From NCBI RefSeq assembly GCF_009834535.1, contig NC_045696.1:6450001-6514000 (forward strand): a stretch of 64,000 bases of DNA, given 5' to 3'. Position numbers and translations under genes: made by a program. Each line of letters begins with the position of its first letter. Within the stretch, counting starts at the first letter, position 1. Of this stretch, positions 37,985 through 51,065 are shown one piece after another. The notes beneath the pieces are model-generated. The model was not told the DNA's origin and did no database searches. It was given only the letters and a program-made list of their open reading frames with translations. This DNA is from Camelus ferus (taxonomy: Eukaryota).

Positions 37985-38140
37985 GCAGACACCAGAGCTT
38001 CTCAAATTTTAACGTGCACACAAATAAATCACTTCAGGATCTTGTGAAAGTACAGATGCTGAGTCGTGGGTCTGGGGTGAGCCGGAGATTCTGCATCTCC
38101 AGCATGCTCTCAGATGCTGCTGCTGGGTGATGCTTCGGAC
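37985..38140. mobile_element. MER5-like fragment
   Basis: gcttctcaaattttaacgtgcac...aatcacttcaggatcttgtgaaa...agattctgcatctccagc...gatgctgctgctg. Confidence 0.55.
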
Positions 38141-38351
38141 AGCAAGGCATGAGGAGGTGTCAAAGGATAAAGCTCCCTGCGCTGGCCGAGCCTCCGTGCT
38201 CTGATGAGGACCCAATGGGGGCAGCTGACTGATGGTGTTGAGGCCCGGCCACTGCAAAGCAGCTGGTGCCACAGGGACCACCAGCCCCTGGGCCCCCTCA
38301 GACCAGCTGTGCTAAAATCTGCAGCTTCCCATCTTGGCTCTTGGGGACCTT

Positions 38352-38520
38352 TTCTTTTTTGTTGAAGTACAGTCAGTTACAATGTGTCAGTTTCTGGTAT
38401 AAAGCACAACGTCCCAGTCGTGGGTGTGTGTGTGTGTGTGTGTGGGTGTGGGTGTGTGTGTGTGTATTTGTTTTCATACTCATTTTCATTAAAGGCTATT
38501 ACAAGATATTGAACATAGTT
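38352..38520 (-). mobile_element. Short L1 3' end containing a (TG)n tract
   Basis: ttttgttgaagtacagtcagttacaatgtg...ggctattacaagatattgaacatagtt; flanked by ggggacctt / ggggatcctt (possible TSD). Confidence 0.7.
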
Positions 38521-39409
38521 CGGGGATCCTTTGAGGTCAACAGGCTCTCATCGCGTCCTGAGGAGGTGGACTAAAGAGAGAGCTGTAGAAATGGCAGCAT
38601 CTTGTTGGGGCCCCTAGCTAGTTGATGGTGGGGATGAGAGGTGCCCCCTTCTGGCCCAACGCCAACTCAGCCCCACTGGGCTTCTGATCCCTCCAAGCTG
38701 GGAGGCTCTGGAACACTCCAGACGTGAGAGTAGGGCCTCACAAAGGGTTGTGCAGTGAACTGACAGCTCAGACCACATCTGAACTCCCCGGGGTGAGTCC
38801 CCATCTTGACAAATCGCCCAGATGATTCTGACCGACAGGAAGGTTTGAGAGCCACCATCACCAAGGTCACCTCCAGCTCTAAAAGCTTCTCTTTTCCAGA
38901 CCACGAAGCTCTCCTCCCTACAGTGTCCCCGCAGGCTCACAGGAGGGGCTGCTGTACAGGATGTTGGGGTTCATTCCACCTCTTCCCTTCCCTTTGGAGG
39001 AACTGGAGGCCAGAGACATTCAGTCTTGGGGCGCAGCTGCTGAGGACTGAGCCCAGAGGTTTGGGTTCCTGGTGTAGAGCCTCCCCCAGGACCACCTCGT
39101 CTTTCCCTCCCCTCTCGGTGCCCTACTTTACCTTCTCCCTGCTTCTCTCTGTGGCCTGTTTCTCCTGTTTCTGAACCCTGCCTTTCTAATCCACCTCTTT
39201 GATCCATTCTTCATACTGACAGCTGACTGCAATTTCTCCCTAAATCCCTTATTCTTTTCTGCTCATACTCACACATTTTCTGTGCTTCCCAGCTGCTACC
39301 AAAAAAAAAAAAAAAAGCCCAAACTCCTATTCTCTGAGAAGCCTCTGTGTTTTGCCATCCACTCATTTGTCACCATAATCACCCACCATTCCATTCCGCA
39401 TCTTCCAGA

Positions 39410-39851
39410 TGTGGACTTAGAATGCCACCTGCCCTGTCAGTAAACAAAGGATGTTGCGGCCATCAAGCCATCAGCCACTGCAGCCACCCGCATCGGTGCA
39501 CCCTGAGGGGACTCAGGATGGAGAAAAGTGGGACCCTGGCCCTAGAGAGCTAAGGTGCAGATCAAAGGAGTGATTTCAATGAGCCCAGACTCTTGCATTT
39601 TCCCTTACATAGAATAGCGCTAAACTCATTAACCTGAGATGTCCGGCTTTCTTTACCAAATGGTAATCTTTTGATGTTCTGACTACCAAGGTTTTGTTGC
39701 AAAAATTCCTATATATCCTGGCTCCTCCCTTACCTCCTGGGACCAGTCCCTCAGGGCTATCTAAGAGGCTGTCCTGGCCTTAAAGTCCTCAGAAAGTCTG
39801 TGGATAAAACATAATTCTCAACTTTTAGGTCATACTTTTTTTCAGTCGACA
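39410..39851 (+). mobile_element. ERV solo LTR (ERV1-type), 442 bp
   Basis: TG...CA termini with imperfect inverted ends (tgtggacttagaa / ttttcagtcgaca), TATA-like cctatatatcc at ~39708, gataaa poly(A)-like motif at ~39803, possible 4-bp TSD caga/cggg. Confidence 0.75.
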
Positions 39852-42800
39852 CGGGCAACTGCTGTTTTAATCACTCAATTCTTCTCATTGTTTGCTTCCT
39901 CGGTTTGCTCATACTTGGAGACTCCTCTGCCTACAGCCCCTTAGCCCTTTGTTTCTCCCTGCCAAAGTCCCTCCATCCTTCCAGGCCAACAGCAATAGTC
40001 TCCCTCTCTGGGGACGTCCCTGAGAAGTAACCACTCCCTCCCCTGACTCCCTGCAGTGCTGTGCGTGGTGCTGGGAGGCTCTCTGCTGGGGTCTCACTCA
40101 TCTCCCCGGGGCCAGAGTCTGGTCCAGCACAGGCTCCTGCAGGTGCAGAGCACGTGTCGATAGGCTGAGGGAATGAATGAATGATTGAACAAATGACTAT
40201 GCGTAATGATGCGATATAACCATGTGAACTTCGTGATCTCTAGAAATTTAGGCTTCTCCACCAATTACTGAAGGTAGCTAGGAGGAATTTTTGAGTCCTT
40301 ACTGCAAAATATAAAATCAAATGTAGCACACCCTCAGTTTATCTTTCCCCAGATAGACAGAGGGCAGCAGACACACGACAGCACGGGGTAACCACAAAGG
40401 CACCGCAGGGAGAAAGAACTAATCGCGGCGGCCAAACTATCTGCTCTTTAGAATTGTTAGCGTTATTTATCGAGTTGATTCAGAGCTTTGGAAACTGCTC
40501 AAGCACTTATACCATGAGCTGTAAACTGCCCAAAACCACCTTCAAGGTCAAGTCAAACAGTTTAGACTTGGTTGATGTATAATAGACTGACCTTATTAAA
40601 AGAGCATGAAAATTGGTCCTTTGAGGTTCGATATGGGTTGACGTCAGAGACCTGAGCGATGTCTTCTCTGGGGAGGGTGGGCAACAAATCAGATGACATA
40701 GATTCTCTTATTTCATTTCAAAGTCTCTCAGGCTCCAGGAATCAGAACCCTCCCACCTTTTGCTTAAGTAAGTGCTCTCGCGCTCGGGCTGTGGAACTAC
40801 CCTGATAACCGACACAGAAGATGTTTTCCCGTGTCCAGCCTTCTCAGTTGGTTGTCCCTCCTGCCCGCGTCCCCAAGTAACTTGCAAACACTGTTCCATG
40901 TTGCTTCCTGGAACTTCGCGCGGGACAGTGTGGAGAGTCATTATTTCCATAACCGTCCACGGGCAATTTTTTTACTTAAACCGCATCTCTCCGACCCTCC
41001 TCTCGGAAAACAACCCAAACCGAGAATGTGTTTTCTTAACAAACCTCAGTCAAATATCTTGGCTGGTTTGCTGTTCTCTTTCAGCAGATTCCGGGAAACG
41101 GGGGTGCCTTATGAAGCCCCAGCGTGTGAGATTCCAGACGTGATCCTCCCATCCTGAAAAAGGGTAGCTGGAGGTCAGGTGCATGTGTTTTCCTTTTTTC
41201 CCCTTCTTCCTCTTCCTACTGCACACAGAAGCATAAGTTTAGATTTTGTTTGTTTGTGATTCTCTTTTTCCCTAAGTAAACTATTGTTTGTTAAAAACCT
41301 CTGCTCACATGAGTTTCCTCTCTCCTAGTGCAGATGATGACAATTACTGGGGAATTTAGCTACTTATTCCTGATGCAAATGGTGATGGCATCTCGAGGCA
41401 TCTTAGCAAAGATACTGCACTCTTCCCTGTGGCCGCTGGTGCAGGAAAGGAGGCGAGACCTGTCTGTAAAAGTCCCCCTCCCCCATGAAATCCTGTCCCC
41501 AAATCAGGCATGATTATGCCCCACAAATTTTCATAAGCAGAGACATTTCCCCTCCAGGATCTGGGGTATCTAGGAACCCTCTTTCCTCCCAACCATCAGT
41601 CAATGAAATCAGGGTCTAAGGGACCCAGCTGCCCTATTTCCTGTCCTACCCTTGAGGTGAGAGGTCACCCATGTCCTGGAGGCTATAAAGTGTGTGACTC
41701 AGTTGCCTGCTTTATAATCACCCCGGGAGGGGCTGTAGCACATGGGATCCACCACCTTGACACTGGGTGCATTTTGGGGAGGCTTTGGTGTAGGACATTC
41801 CTAAGGGGATGCAAGACACCACTTCTGCCTCAAGAGAAGACTCGTCAGGGGTCACACTTTCCCCGAGACCACCTCCCCCACGTCCCTACAAATGATCTAT
41901 TGCTGAATTCTGTCTTGTCTTTTCTTTCAATCACCTACATCTCCTCAAAATGCATCCACATCTCCCTGGCTTCATTGCTGCCACCCAACTTAGGTTACTG
42001 AAATAGCTGTCCATCTGGTCTACCCATAGTATAGTATTGTGTAATTGGTAAGCGTGTGGCTTTGCAGCTAGACAGCATGGCTGAAATCCTGGTTATTTAT
42101 TCCTTCTGTATTTTAATTTCTTATGGTTAAAATGAGGATCATACTAGTACCTGTTTCATTAGTGTCCCTACCTCATGTAAACTTTTAAGTGTTTATAAGG
42201 CACATAATAAATCAATCAATGCAAGCTCAATGATCGTCAGTAATACTGCCCACTCTGTCCTCCCTCCCACCTGTCCTTCCCTCTGCAGCCAGAATAAACA
42301 TCTGAGCGCTCTTCTTAAAGCCCATCCACGGCTCCCCGTTGCACTTAGGATGAAGACAGGGGTCTTTAATTGGTCTGAGGAACTGCTCGCTGTGGCGCTC
42401 ACCCTCCTCTGCAGCCCTAGCCCCCACCTCACTCCCCAGATTCTCTGGGCTTCACCCTCGTGCTTCCAGGTCTCGAGCCTGCTGACCTCCTTACCACGAG
42501 ACCTTCTCTGTACTTGCATTTTCTCAGCTTTAGGAAACATCTTCCTTTCCTTTTTAGTTGACGTAAGTCCTACCCATCTTATTTCTCAGTTCAAGCATCA
42601 CTTCCTCAGGGGCGGTCTTCTCGGATTGCTTTTACTTGGCTCGTGTCCCTGGCGGAGGCTTTATTTGTTTGGGGGGTTTTTACGTGAACGCTCACGACCC
42701 GCGCATCAGCACCGTGAGCACAGGAGCGGGCATGGTGCCTGGAGGGTGACAGGTGCCCGGCATTACCTGCCGGGTTTAGTGAGACAGTGCACTCCCGTCT

Positions 42801-45800
42801 TCCCTGCACCTCTTTGCTCCACCAGCCTGACTTGAAGGGCAGGGTAGAAACTCACCCTTTCAGGCTGTTATTTTCAAGCTGCCACGGCCTTTCCAATCTT
42901 CAGTTGAAGGGGAGAGAAACGGTCATGAGCAGATGGAGTTTTATGGTCTCCCATGCACATGTGCACCCATTATCTTAATAGACCCTCACGATGAAGTAAC
43001 TCTCTCGTCGGATCGTTAGTCTCCCCATTTGGCAACGAGCAAACCAAATCCCTGCGAGGATGATTTATCCAAGATCATACAGCCAGTGACTGACAGAGCT
43101 CAGATGAGAATGAGGCCCTAGGAACCTAACTCCTGTATCCTTTCTGCTGTGCTCTGGTGTCTGGCTGCAGCAGAAACCCAGACAAGGAAAGGTGATGACG
43201 GCACCAAAGAAGGCAGCTCTGCCTTTTGTCCTTTCATTCTCCTCTCTGTCTTGGGGAATTTCATCTGTTCTATTTCCTAGTTGTCACAAATTGGGTTCCC
43301 TGGGAGCAGCTGTGAAATGGAGTTTAAAGGACAGGGTATTTATTAAGGAGTGCCCTCAAGACTGACATCAGTGAACAGGAGGAGGAGGACAGCCTGAGTG
43401 TGACAGGGAGCAGTTGAGCAGTGGTGCAGGGGAGACAGCTTCAGCTGACCCCGTGGGGACCTTGGGGGTTAAAATGACCAAATGCTAGGCCCTTATATGC
43501 CCTCTTCGATCTGCCATTTGCCTTGGACCACACTGGTCAGGCATCTCTTTGCAACTGAGGCCATCGGAGGGGGGGCCCACAGCCCTCCCGGCAGCTGAGG
43601 CCAGGTGTCCGTCATTGTGGGCGGAGTCTGGGCAGCATCCCTGTGTCTACGAAGCTGGTCCAGGCTTCCCGCTTTCTCTGCCTAACTGATGGTTTCTCCT
43701 TTGCTCCTCCGCCTTCCCTGCGTATGCAATCACCGATCAGTCTGGAAAGACTTCTCCCAAATGAGTCGCTCATGGTTTGTAGCCGAATGACCAGGGGTGG
43801 CTGTGTGTCTGTGTGTGGGGGTCTTCCTCTGTGATACTAGCGTGACGGTGGGGCCTGAGTACTTACAAATAAGCAGTAAAGGTGAGAGGAGCTTACTTGA
43901 CCTTTTCCACTAGAGTTGTTCCTTTTCCAGCCTAGAGTTTCTATTCCTTTAAGTTTAATTTCTACAAAACTGAATGATTGTATAATGCGTATCCTTGCAA
44001 AAGGCCCAGTGGTCAAAGGCTCTGCATCCCAGGGACCAAGCTTCTGTTCTGCACTTTGTCATTCTTGGACGGCTTTCCCACGTGTGTGAGCTCCCCTATC
44101 AAGGCAGGCACAGCAGAGAGCCACACCTTCCTGGATCTGAGACGACATACAGAGGTGGGTATCATCTCAAGGCGATGGTACCACCTCACAGTAGGGCCAG
44201 GAGGAAAAGGTGGGTCTCTCAACACCCAGATCTCTTCATTCTCTTGATTTTTAATGAGGTCAGTCCCAGGGAGAGTATCCTTTTGCACAGTGGTTTAATT
44301 TTTGTGTAAATATCTCGACTCCTTTTATTGTCCAATTAGATTACTCAGGCTTTAAAGCTTGAGGTAATTTGCTTTCCTTTTGGGGTCAGAGGGGGCAAGA
44401 GTCTTTTTTCTTTTTTTTTTTTCCACTTTGCTCCTGTGAGCCTCAAGGGCCAGAAAGTGTAGACAGCAGCGGAAGCAAGCAAGCGGCTCAGTGGATGTCT
44501 AGTTAAGGTGCTGTCTTTACAGTAACAACAATGATGACAATGCTCCTGGCTGTGGTTATCATCATTATCTGCCTCTCTGGAAAGATGGGCTCTGATATCA
44601 ACCGAGTGAAGCTTTACATTCGCTCTTATTTTTTCCCACCTCCTCTCTGCTCATCTGGGCTCTGAAAGGCGGTCTGTAAATCCCTGCCACAGACTACGGT
44701 TTTCAGACAGGCTAAAGATGATTTCGACTGGACTCGAGACTGATTTTAATTTTCCAGAAATAGACACAAGCCCGCATGAGCCCCACCACCTGGCAACTGC
44801 TGTGACTCGCAGCTGGTCTCTGTGTCCTTTCCTGTCTGTCCGCAGGCTCCTAATCTCCCCTGGCATCAGGGCTCAGACTCTTGCTGTGGGACCCGCACCC
44901 ATGGTCACCGCTCAACCAAAGTGACCCTGAGACGGCCGCAGCATAAACACAGCCCCTCGGGAGTCGGGCGTCTGGGCTAAGCGAACACACGCTGGCTGCA
45001 ACCCGGAAGTGGGTATTGTTTAAGGACTGTCACCTGCCCCCGACTCTGCAGCGCAGGGCTGGCCGGGCTCTGGAGTGTGTGCCTAGTCCGGAACCACACG
45101 GAGGCCAGCGTTTTATCAACACTCAACAGTCAAGTAAACACTTGATTCATTTACTTCTTCCTGGCTTCGCTCTCCTTGATAACAGAGGAAGTGTTCCGGG
45201 GGGAGAGGGGGACGGCAGTGTCGGCGGAAATGACTGCGCGGGTGTCCTTTGCGATGGGCTTCGTGCTCGCCAGAGCTGACGCTCACTCCCGGGCTGGTGC
45301 CGTGGCCGGGAAGGGGCGTTTCTCACCCAGGTCGGCCACAGTCTTTTGCAGCCTGTGAAGCTGCTGCGTTTGACTTGGTTGAGGTTGAGGCTGAGGAAGG
45401 GACTCCGGTTGTCATGAACTAGGAGAGATTGCGATTGTCTCACAGCCCAAGTGACTGAGAGCAGCACATTAAAGGGGTTGGCCCTTCAATCATCACACGA
45501 TCCCCGCCATTCTCAGAAGCCCTGCTTGGCTCTAGTCTACTGCGATGCTTTGGGGCATTTATGAGGTCAGCATCTAGGGAGGAAACACAAGGCCAACTCT
45601 CGTTATAAATATGACTATAAAGCTGTCCATGACAACGTATTACAGTAGACAACCTGGGTGCTTCAGAGAACTTTACTCCTAATTTTGGGGAGTTTTGGGG
45701 AACTCCAAAACTTCCTGGGGAAGTGTGGCAGTACAGGTGGGGAAATGAAGAGGAACTTGAGAAGATATCTGTGAAGGGAATGTTCCCCCCTGGCCAGCTG

Positions 45801-48800
45801 AGGAGCTCCTGGGCTGGAACTCTCCATATACTTCTGACCACACTTGGAGATCATCTGGGGAAGTAAGATCACAGAAGAGTTCCCACCCACGTCTCACAAA
45901 TGGGTAGGAGAGAGCAAGGCGCTTATGAGCAACATATTCAGAGACACAACCTTGGTTATAAGGAGCTGAAGTTTTCTCTCAGGGCAAAGACCTGACAGCT
46001 TTGCTCTTGGAGACACTCTGAGGCTGGCCTATCAGAAAGCAGGGAGAGGGGGGCAAGTCAAGCAGAGAAACAGGATGAGCACAACTTCGTCTTTCCACGA
46101 GCCTGGTGGAAACAGGCTCACCTAGCAGAGTGTGGAATTTCTAATCCTTCTGGTCTACCTGACTATTCCGCTCTACTTGGCCATAGTCAGAAAGGGTCTC
46201 CTGTTAGAAGCACTGGAGAACATGAATGTAGGGATGACAGGTAGAGCGGGCGAACTGGATGAGGGTGACCCTCACCTCCTGTGGGGGTGGTGATGAAGCC
46301 CTGCAAAGAGATCTTGCAAACTCTGAATTATTAGAGCAAAAGTGGTGATCATCAGTGAATTCTTGTGTCTGATGGAGTGAAAGTCTTGATAAATGCCCTC
46401 TCAAATCAGAGCGATTGCTTATTCCATCAATGTCTGTTTAACATTTATCAGCTGTCAGCAGTGAGCTATGCATCAGGGGTAAAATAAGGAATAAGACAGC
46501 GATGTCCCTGCCGTCACCGAGCTGAAGTGCTGTTCCGTGGAACAGCATGGCAGCAGTTAACTGGAGACATGGCTACCTCAGACAATGGTGCACACTTTTC
46601 TGGAACCCTGGCAGGCTTCACAGCTTTTGGTGGAGAGCATAAGAGATCTGAGCATGAGATGCTTCATGCTGAGCTCTTTGTATGGCCTCAAGGATCAAGA
46701 TGCAAAGGTGAAGACTCAGCACAGAAGACGTCCATGTAAGCCTCCTGACCTCGCCAAGGCTGAGACACCTGACTTTGCTATATCAAGGGAATGGGAACTC
46801 TCGGTCACTCCAGGGACACCTTGGGCTCTAGCAGGGGTGTGTTTGGAACTGCTGTCTCTGGTGATGACGTCACATCTCTGTTTTGGCCTGTGGCATGTTG
46901 CCTTTGGCCGTTGGTCTAGGCTCTGCCCACATGTATCTTCTGGGTGAAGTTCTGATGATCACATGAGGTGCCTTTCCGCAGAGGCAAAAACAGGGTTTTT
47001 GGTCAGCGAGCAAAGCAGACTGGTGCCCCGCTGACCAGGATGCTGGCTGTGACTCAAAGTCACTGGGGGTGGGCACAGAAAATCCTCCCTTCTGATAACT
47101 GGTAGGGGCCTTGGGGAAAGAGTGGAGACTTGTGGTGGGGGATCTACAACTCTGGGCAAAAATAGACCTGGAAGGAAAGCAAAGGCGTGACTGCCAGGAA
47201 CCAGGTCTGCTGGGAACTACTGGGGAGAGGGCCAGCCAAGAGCACCTGGCCAGGAAGCCAAGGGCACTGCAGCCTGTGTGCCTCCAGGCCCTGCAGGCTG
47301 GGCGAGAAGGTGCGTAGTTACAGGAACTATGTGTTCCATACCCCTCTCCCAAAGAGGGCAAGTTATCTGACAGCCCTGAATGTTCCTTGAAGGATAACAA
47401 ATCAAAGTAGTGGAATCTGGGATCTATCTGGACTATGTGACTGTCAATTTTGCAGGGAGGTGATAATTCTTCCCCACCCCACAGGGAGGGCTATCCATTT
47501 TATACTTTGGTCTCCTATTCATCTTACTGTTTTCCTTATTAAATACTTGAGAACATGGGAACATATGAGGAGTTTTATTCTTTCCTATTGATTATTATAC
47601 TTTATATTGTTCACATGCACCTTAAAAGAATGATGAAAAACCTATCTACCCCTGCATGTATTTGTAAGTTAGCATATGCCTGTTTCCATCATAAGCCTGA
47701 AAAAGTCAATTTCTTGGTAATAAATAAGACAAACATACAATATTCTATAAGATGAAATAAGATGATGACAATTGATGACAGTTAGAATAAATGTTATGTG
47801 ACTTGATAAAATAGGTATCAAGTATTTTATTGAGTAAAACATATGAAGTCTAAAAGGAATCTCATAAAATTTTTATCTGCACATTTTATATAATGTATCT
47901 TGAAGAACTCAATAGTTGCACAAAACGTCCTGTTTACATTTAGAACAAGTGACAATGACCTAAACGGCTTTGACTGGTCTATATTCAGAACATCATAATA
48001 TAGGTCCAGATACACTATCTCTAATTCCAACCTTCACCAATTAACAGAAATACGTATCAGATAAAGAAAGACAGGAGCCCTGCTGGTTCAATGGCCTTTA
48101 TTTAATCATAGAAACAGACGTCTCCTCTGGAGCCATGGATGCGTTCCAGCTGAGGACAGTGGGCCACAGTATATTTGAAGTGGGTGAGACACACTCATTT
48201 TTTTCTTGTTTTACAGTGAGAAAAGGACTCGCTCTCAGAGAGATCAGTTTTAGGAAAAGGTACTATCCTAGTATAGGTACTTTGAAAACAGACTCAGAGA
48301 AATGGACGTAGACATTTGCTGGGAAGTGTTCTTGGGAGGTGTGCATGGAAGGAGGTGAGGAGGACAGAAGTGAGCCGAGGGAAGGGCTGCTGACAGCTGT
48401 GCCCCAGGAGGAGCTGGAGACTGGGCAGCGCGCACTGACGACAGGTACACGAAGCTGCCAGCACTGGCTGATGGAGCCGCCTTCTCTTGGCAGGAGCCCT
48501 GTGCCTCTGGTGAGGAGCTGACTCTTGGGCTGACTTTCTAACCAATCATTGTGTGTCCTGCCGTCCAGGGTGACGAGAGAGCAGCCCCCACCCACCCCAG
48601 GCAAGTCCTCATGTGAGACGTCTTCTTTGTCAGTTAGGTGCACCGTGAGTTGGGACAGGTTTGGAGAGAGAGTTAGTAGATGGAAATTAGAAAGACGTCC
48701 CGCAGATCATTTCGGAAACTTGAGATAGAAGAGCTTCCTCTGTCGGGCCATGCGATGCTGCCCAGCGGGGAGAGGAGGGCGTGTATATGGCAGAAAGAAC

Positions 48801-50724
48801 CGGTTCAGAGTCTGGGCTCAGCAGAAAGCGGGACAGATAATCAAGAAGTAAGCTCTTCTGTGCCACCCTCCATAAAAGGTGTCCCAGCTAGGCAGGGGCA
48901 AGCAGGCTGGCTGTGGGGACCAGATTCTGATAAGGCTGAACTGGGTTCAGGGTGGAATCCGTCCACTGGGAGCAGGACACAGTTCGGCCCAGAGCAGGGG
49001 GGTAGGGAGACACCAGGGCTCTCTTTGGCTGCCCCTTTCCTTCTGTCAGGGAGGAGAAGTCTCGCCCAGGTCCCTTCCAGCAGATTCCCTCCGGGTGGAA
49101 CATCTGGAAATGGGTCATGGGGTCTGTCACCTTAACCGCAAAGGACGCTGAAGAAGAGGGTATGTGCCTTCTCTGACCGTTATAGAGGGAGGGGGGCCTG
49201 GAAGGAGGGACTCAGCAGGGAGTTTAAGAAACGGACCCAAGCAGGCTACGCCCGAACCAGCTTTATGACCTTGGAGATGCCACTTCCCCTCAGCTTCTTT
49301 ACCTGTGAAATGAGAGGCTTGGCTTGGATAAGATCTACGGTCTCCTTCAGTGCAGAGAAATTTATTCTAGAAACCCAAGCCCTGCCAGCAGGCCCAATGT
49401 GCTCGTGCAGGAGGGTGACTAATTCGGGGCCGTCCCGGGCTGGGGATTCTGAAGCACCTGGGAGCTGCTTGATCTGCTGGGACAGGTTCTCCTCCTCTGC
49501 GCTGGGCACTCAGAAGCGTGTCTGGAGCAGCCGGGCTTGTAGGCCTTTCAGGGGCCACTGATTAAAGTGCGAGGTTGAACATAAGAGGCAGAGCCGGTGG
49601 CTGGTGGTCGGTGGGGCTGTGACATTAACCCGGCTGCCTTCGGGGGAGGTTGTGTGGGACCCCGGAAAGTCAGACAGTGAACGGCGAAAGGGACTGTGTG
49701 TTTAAACTGAGCTTTCTGTCTGCGGAGGTGAAGTGTGCTTGCTGACCTCCCTAGTGTCTTTCTCTTTCCCCTCCTAACCTGTTTCTGGGGTGGACTGTCC
49801 CATTAGCCCCGGAAACAATGGCTTCTGGGGTCAGGCTCTTGGATTAGCAAGCCCAGATTTGGATGCCAGCTCGGCCACTTACCATCTGGCTAACACTGGA
49901 CAATCCACGAGCCTCGAGTCCACCCCCTGTAAAGTGATGGGATGGTATTTCACAGGAGGGTTTTGATAATGAAGTACCTGGTGTGAGCCTGAAACTAAGG
50001 CTCAGTATGATGTGCTTCCTTGACATCTGTTCAAATCAGGAGGGTCTCAAATGACCTAACCTCTGCGTCCAGTTCCCTCTGAGTGCTGCCCCTGCCAGTA
50101 AGAGCCCCCTAATCAAGCAAACCTCCTTATCAAATAGACTCAGTGCAGTTCTTGCTTATTCCTGAGTAGCATTTTTTTTTTCAGTTCCCTGCTAGCCTGC
50201 AGAATTATTCAAGCAAGCCAATCACATCCTGGTGCCTGCAGGAACCCTGGGTCACCCTACTCTCTTGTTACTACAAAGCCTGCCCCCAGGTCCCAGCTTG
50301 TTCCCTCTGTGCCCAAGTGCACCCCTTGTGTGGTATGCAGCCTCTTCCTCCCCTGGGCTGAGTGTGTGTGATGGAGAAACTGCTATTGATCTCACTTCCC
50401 CATTGTTAGATGTTGTGTCATCCCCATAAGAGGCAATTAAAATCCTGTGTGACATCCTCAGAGCCTGGGAGATGCATTTGGAGCCCAGCAAGTGTTGGCT
50501 CTTGCTGTTGCCATTATCTTGAAGGAAGATGACAGTGTGGTTTTCTTTTAATGAAGTTTGATTTTGATTGGTCAGTGTGTTTATCTTGTAACATTAATCT
50601 TAGGTTCTTCTGAGTTTTCTGGACCTTTCTCTCCCTTCTCACATAACATATAGACACACCAATGTATGCCTGTGGGGCAAGTGACAGCTACATGTTTGAG
50701 GGTCACACTGAAAATATATGGAAG

Positions 50725-51065
50725 TTATCTAAGTTCCTATCAATGGATGAATGGATAAAGAAGATGTGACACACGCACACTCACACACACACAATGAAAT
50801 ATTAGTTAGCCATTAAGAAGGAGTGAAATCTTGCTACTTGTGACAACATGGAGGGACAAGGGCATTATGCTAAGTGAAATAAGTCAGACAGAGAAAGATA
50901 AATACTGTAAGATCTCTCTTACATGTGGAATCTAAGAAGAAGAAGAAAAAAAGAGCAAACAAATGAAAAAGAAGCCCATAGACCCAGAGAACAGATTGGT
51001 GGTCACCAGAGGTGATGGTTGGGGGCGGGAGAAACAGGTGAAGGGGGTCAAAAGGGAAAAAGAAA
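50725..51065 (+). mobile_element. L1MA-like 3' end fragment
   Basis: caatggatgaatggataaagaagatgtg...gcattatgctaagtgaaataagtcagacagagaaagataaatactg. Confidence 0.75.
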
